Assembly: GCA_035221665.1 (NCBI GenBank)
Contig: CM069131.1
Span: forward strand, 50,592,001 to 50,656,000
DNA from: Okamejei kenojei
Taxonomy: Eukaryota
Length of the DNA: 64,000 bases
Direction: 5' to 3'
A model generated the notes under the pieces. That model did not search any database. It saw only the letters and a list, made by a program, of their open reading frames with translations, and was not told where the DNA came from. The translations under genes and the position numbers were made by a program. Below are positions 63,661 through 64,000 of the stretch, in pieces. Positions within the stretch are counted from its first letter, which is position 1. Every line of letters starts with the position of its first letter.

Positions 63661-64000
63661 TACATAGAACATAAAACAGTATAGCACAGCACAAGAACGG
63701 TCATTTTTGGCCCGCAATGTCTGTGCCAAAAATGATGCCAAGGCCTTTTCCTCCAGAGATGTTGCCTGACGCGCTACCCCAGTTACTCCAGCACTTTGTG
63801 TCTATCTTTGGTATAAACCAGCATCTGCAGTTCTGTGTTTCTGCATGTTGCCAAGATCATCTGTCATCTACTTGCATGTAATCCATTTCGCTACATTCAC
63901 TGCAAATCTATATGCCCATCCAAAAGTATTTTAAATGCCACTAATGTATCTGCTTCAACCAGCACGCCCGACAGTGCATTCCAGGTGCTCACTTCCCCCT

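Overview
Eukaryotic, repeat-dominated DNA, most likely from a cartilaginous fish (skate/ray), judged from HE1/V-SINE-like SINEs that share a 3' tail with CR1 LINEs, Rex1/Babar LINEs and Penelope-like elements. I found no intact, recognisable host protein-coding gene; every ORF with a recognisable motif is a transposon relic. Main contents: (1) a terminus-complete DIRS1-type tyrosine-recombinase retrotransposon (10331-15239, minus) with ITRs, an ICR and, unusually, a flanking 13-bp direct repeat; (2) Penelope GIY-YIG/RT relics and about 18 short derivatives carrying a minimal hammerhead-ribozyme motif; (3) a 137-bp SINE-like element (37451-37587, minus) with 8-bp TSDs whose first 54 nt fit an HDV-like ribozyme fold; (4) two copies of a ~1-kb TAG...CTA MITE with 7-bp TSDs; (5) nested CR1s and about 16 V-SINEs; (6) a CpG island at ~51.2-52.8 kb, probably the promoter and first exons of an unidentified plus-strand gene, followed by a 141-bp hairpin that masks a perfect 5' splice site. 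Coordinates of degraded repeats are approximate (tens of bp). Family names come from motif recognition, not database searches.
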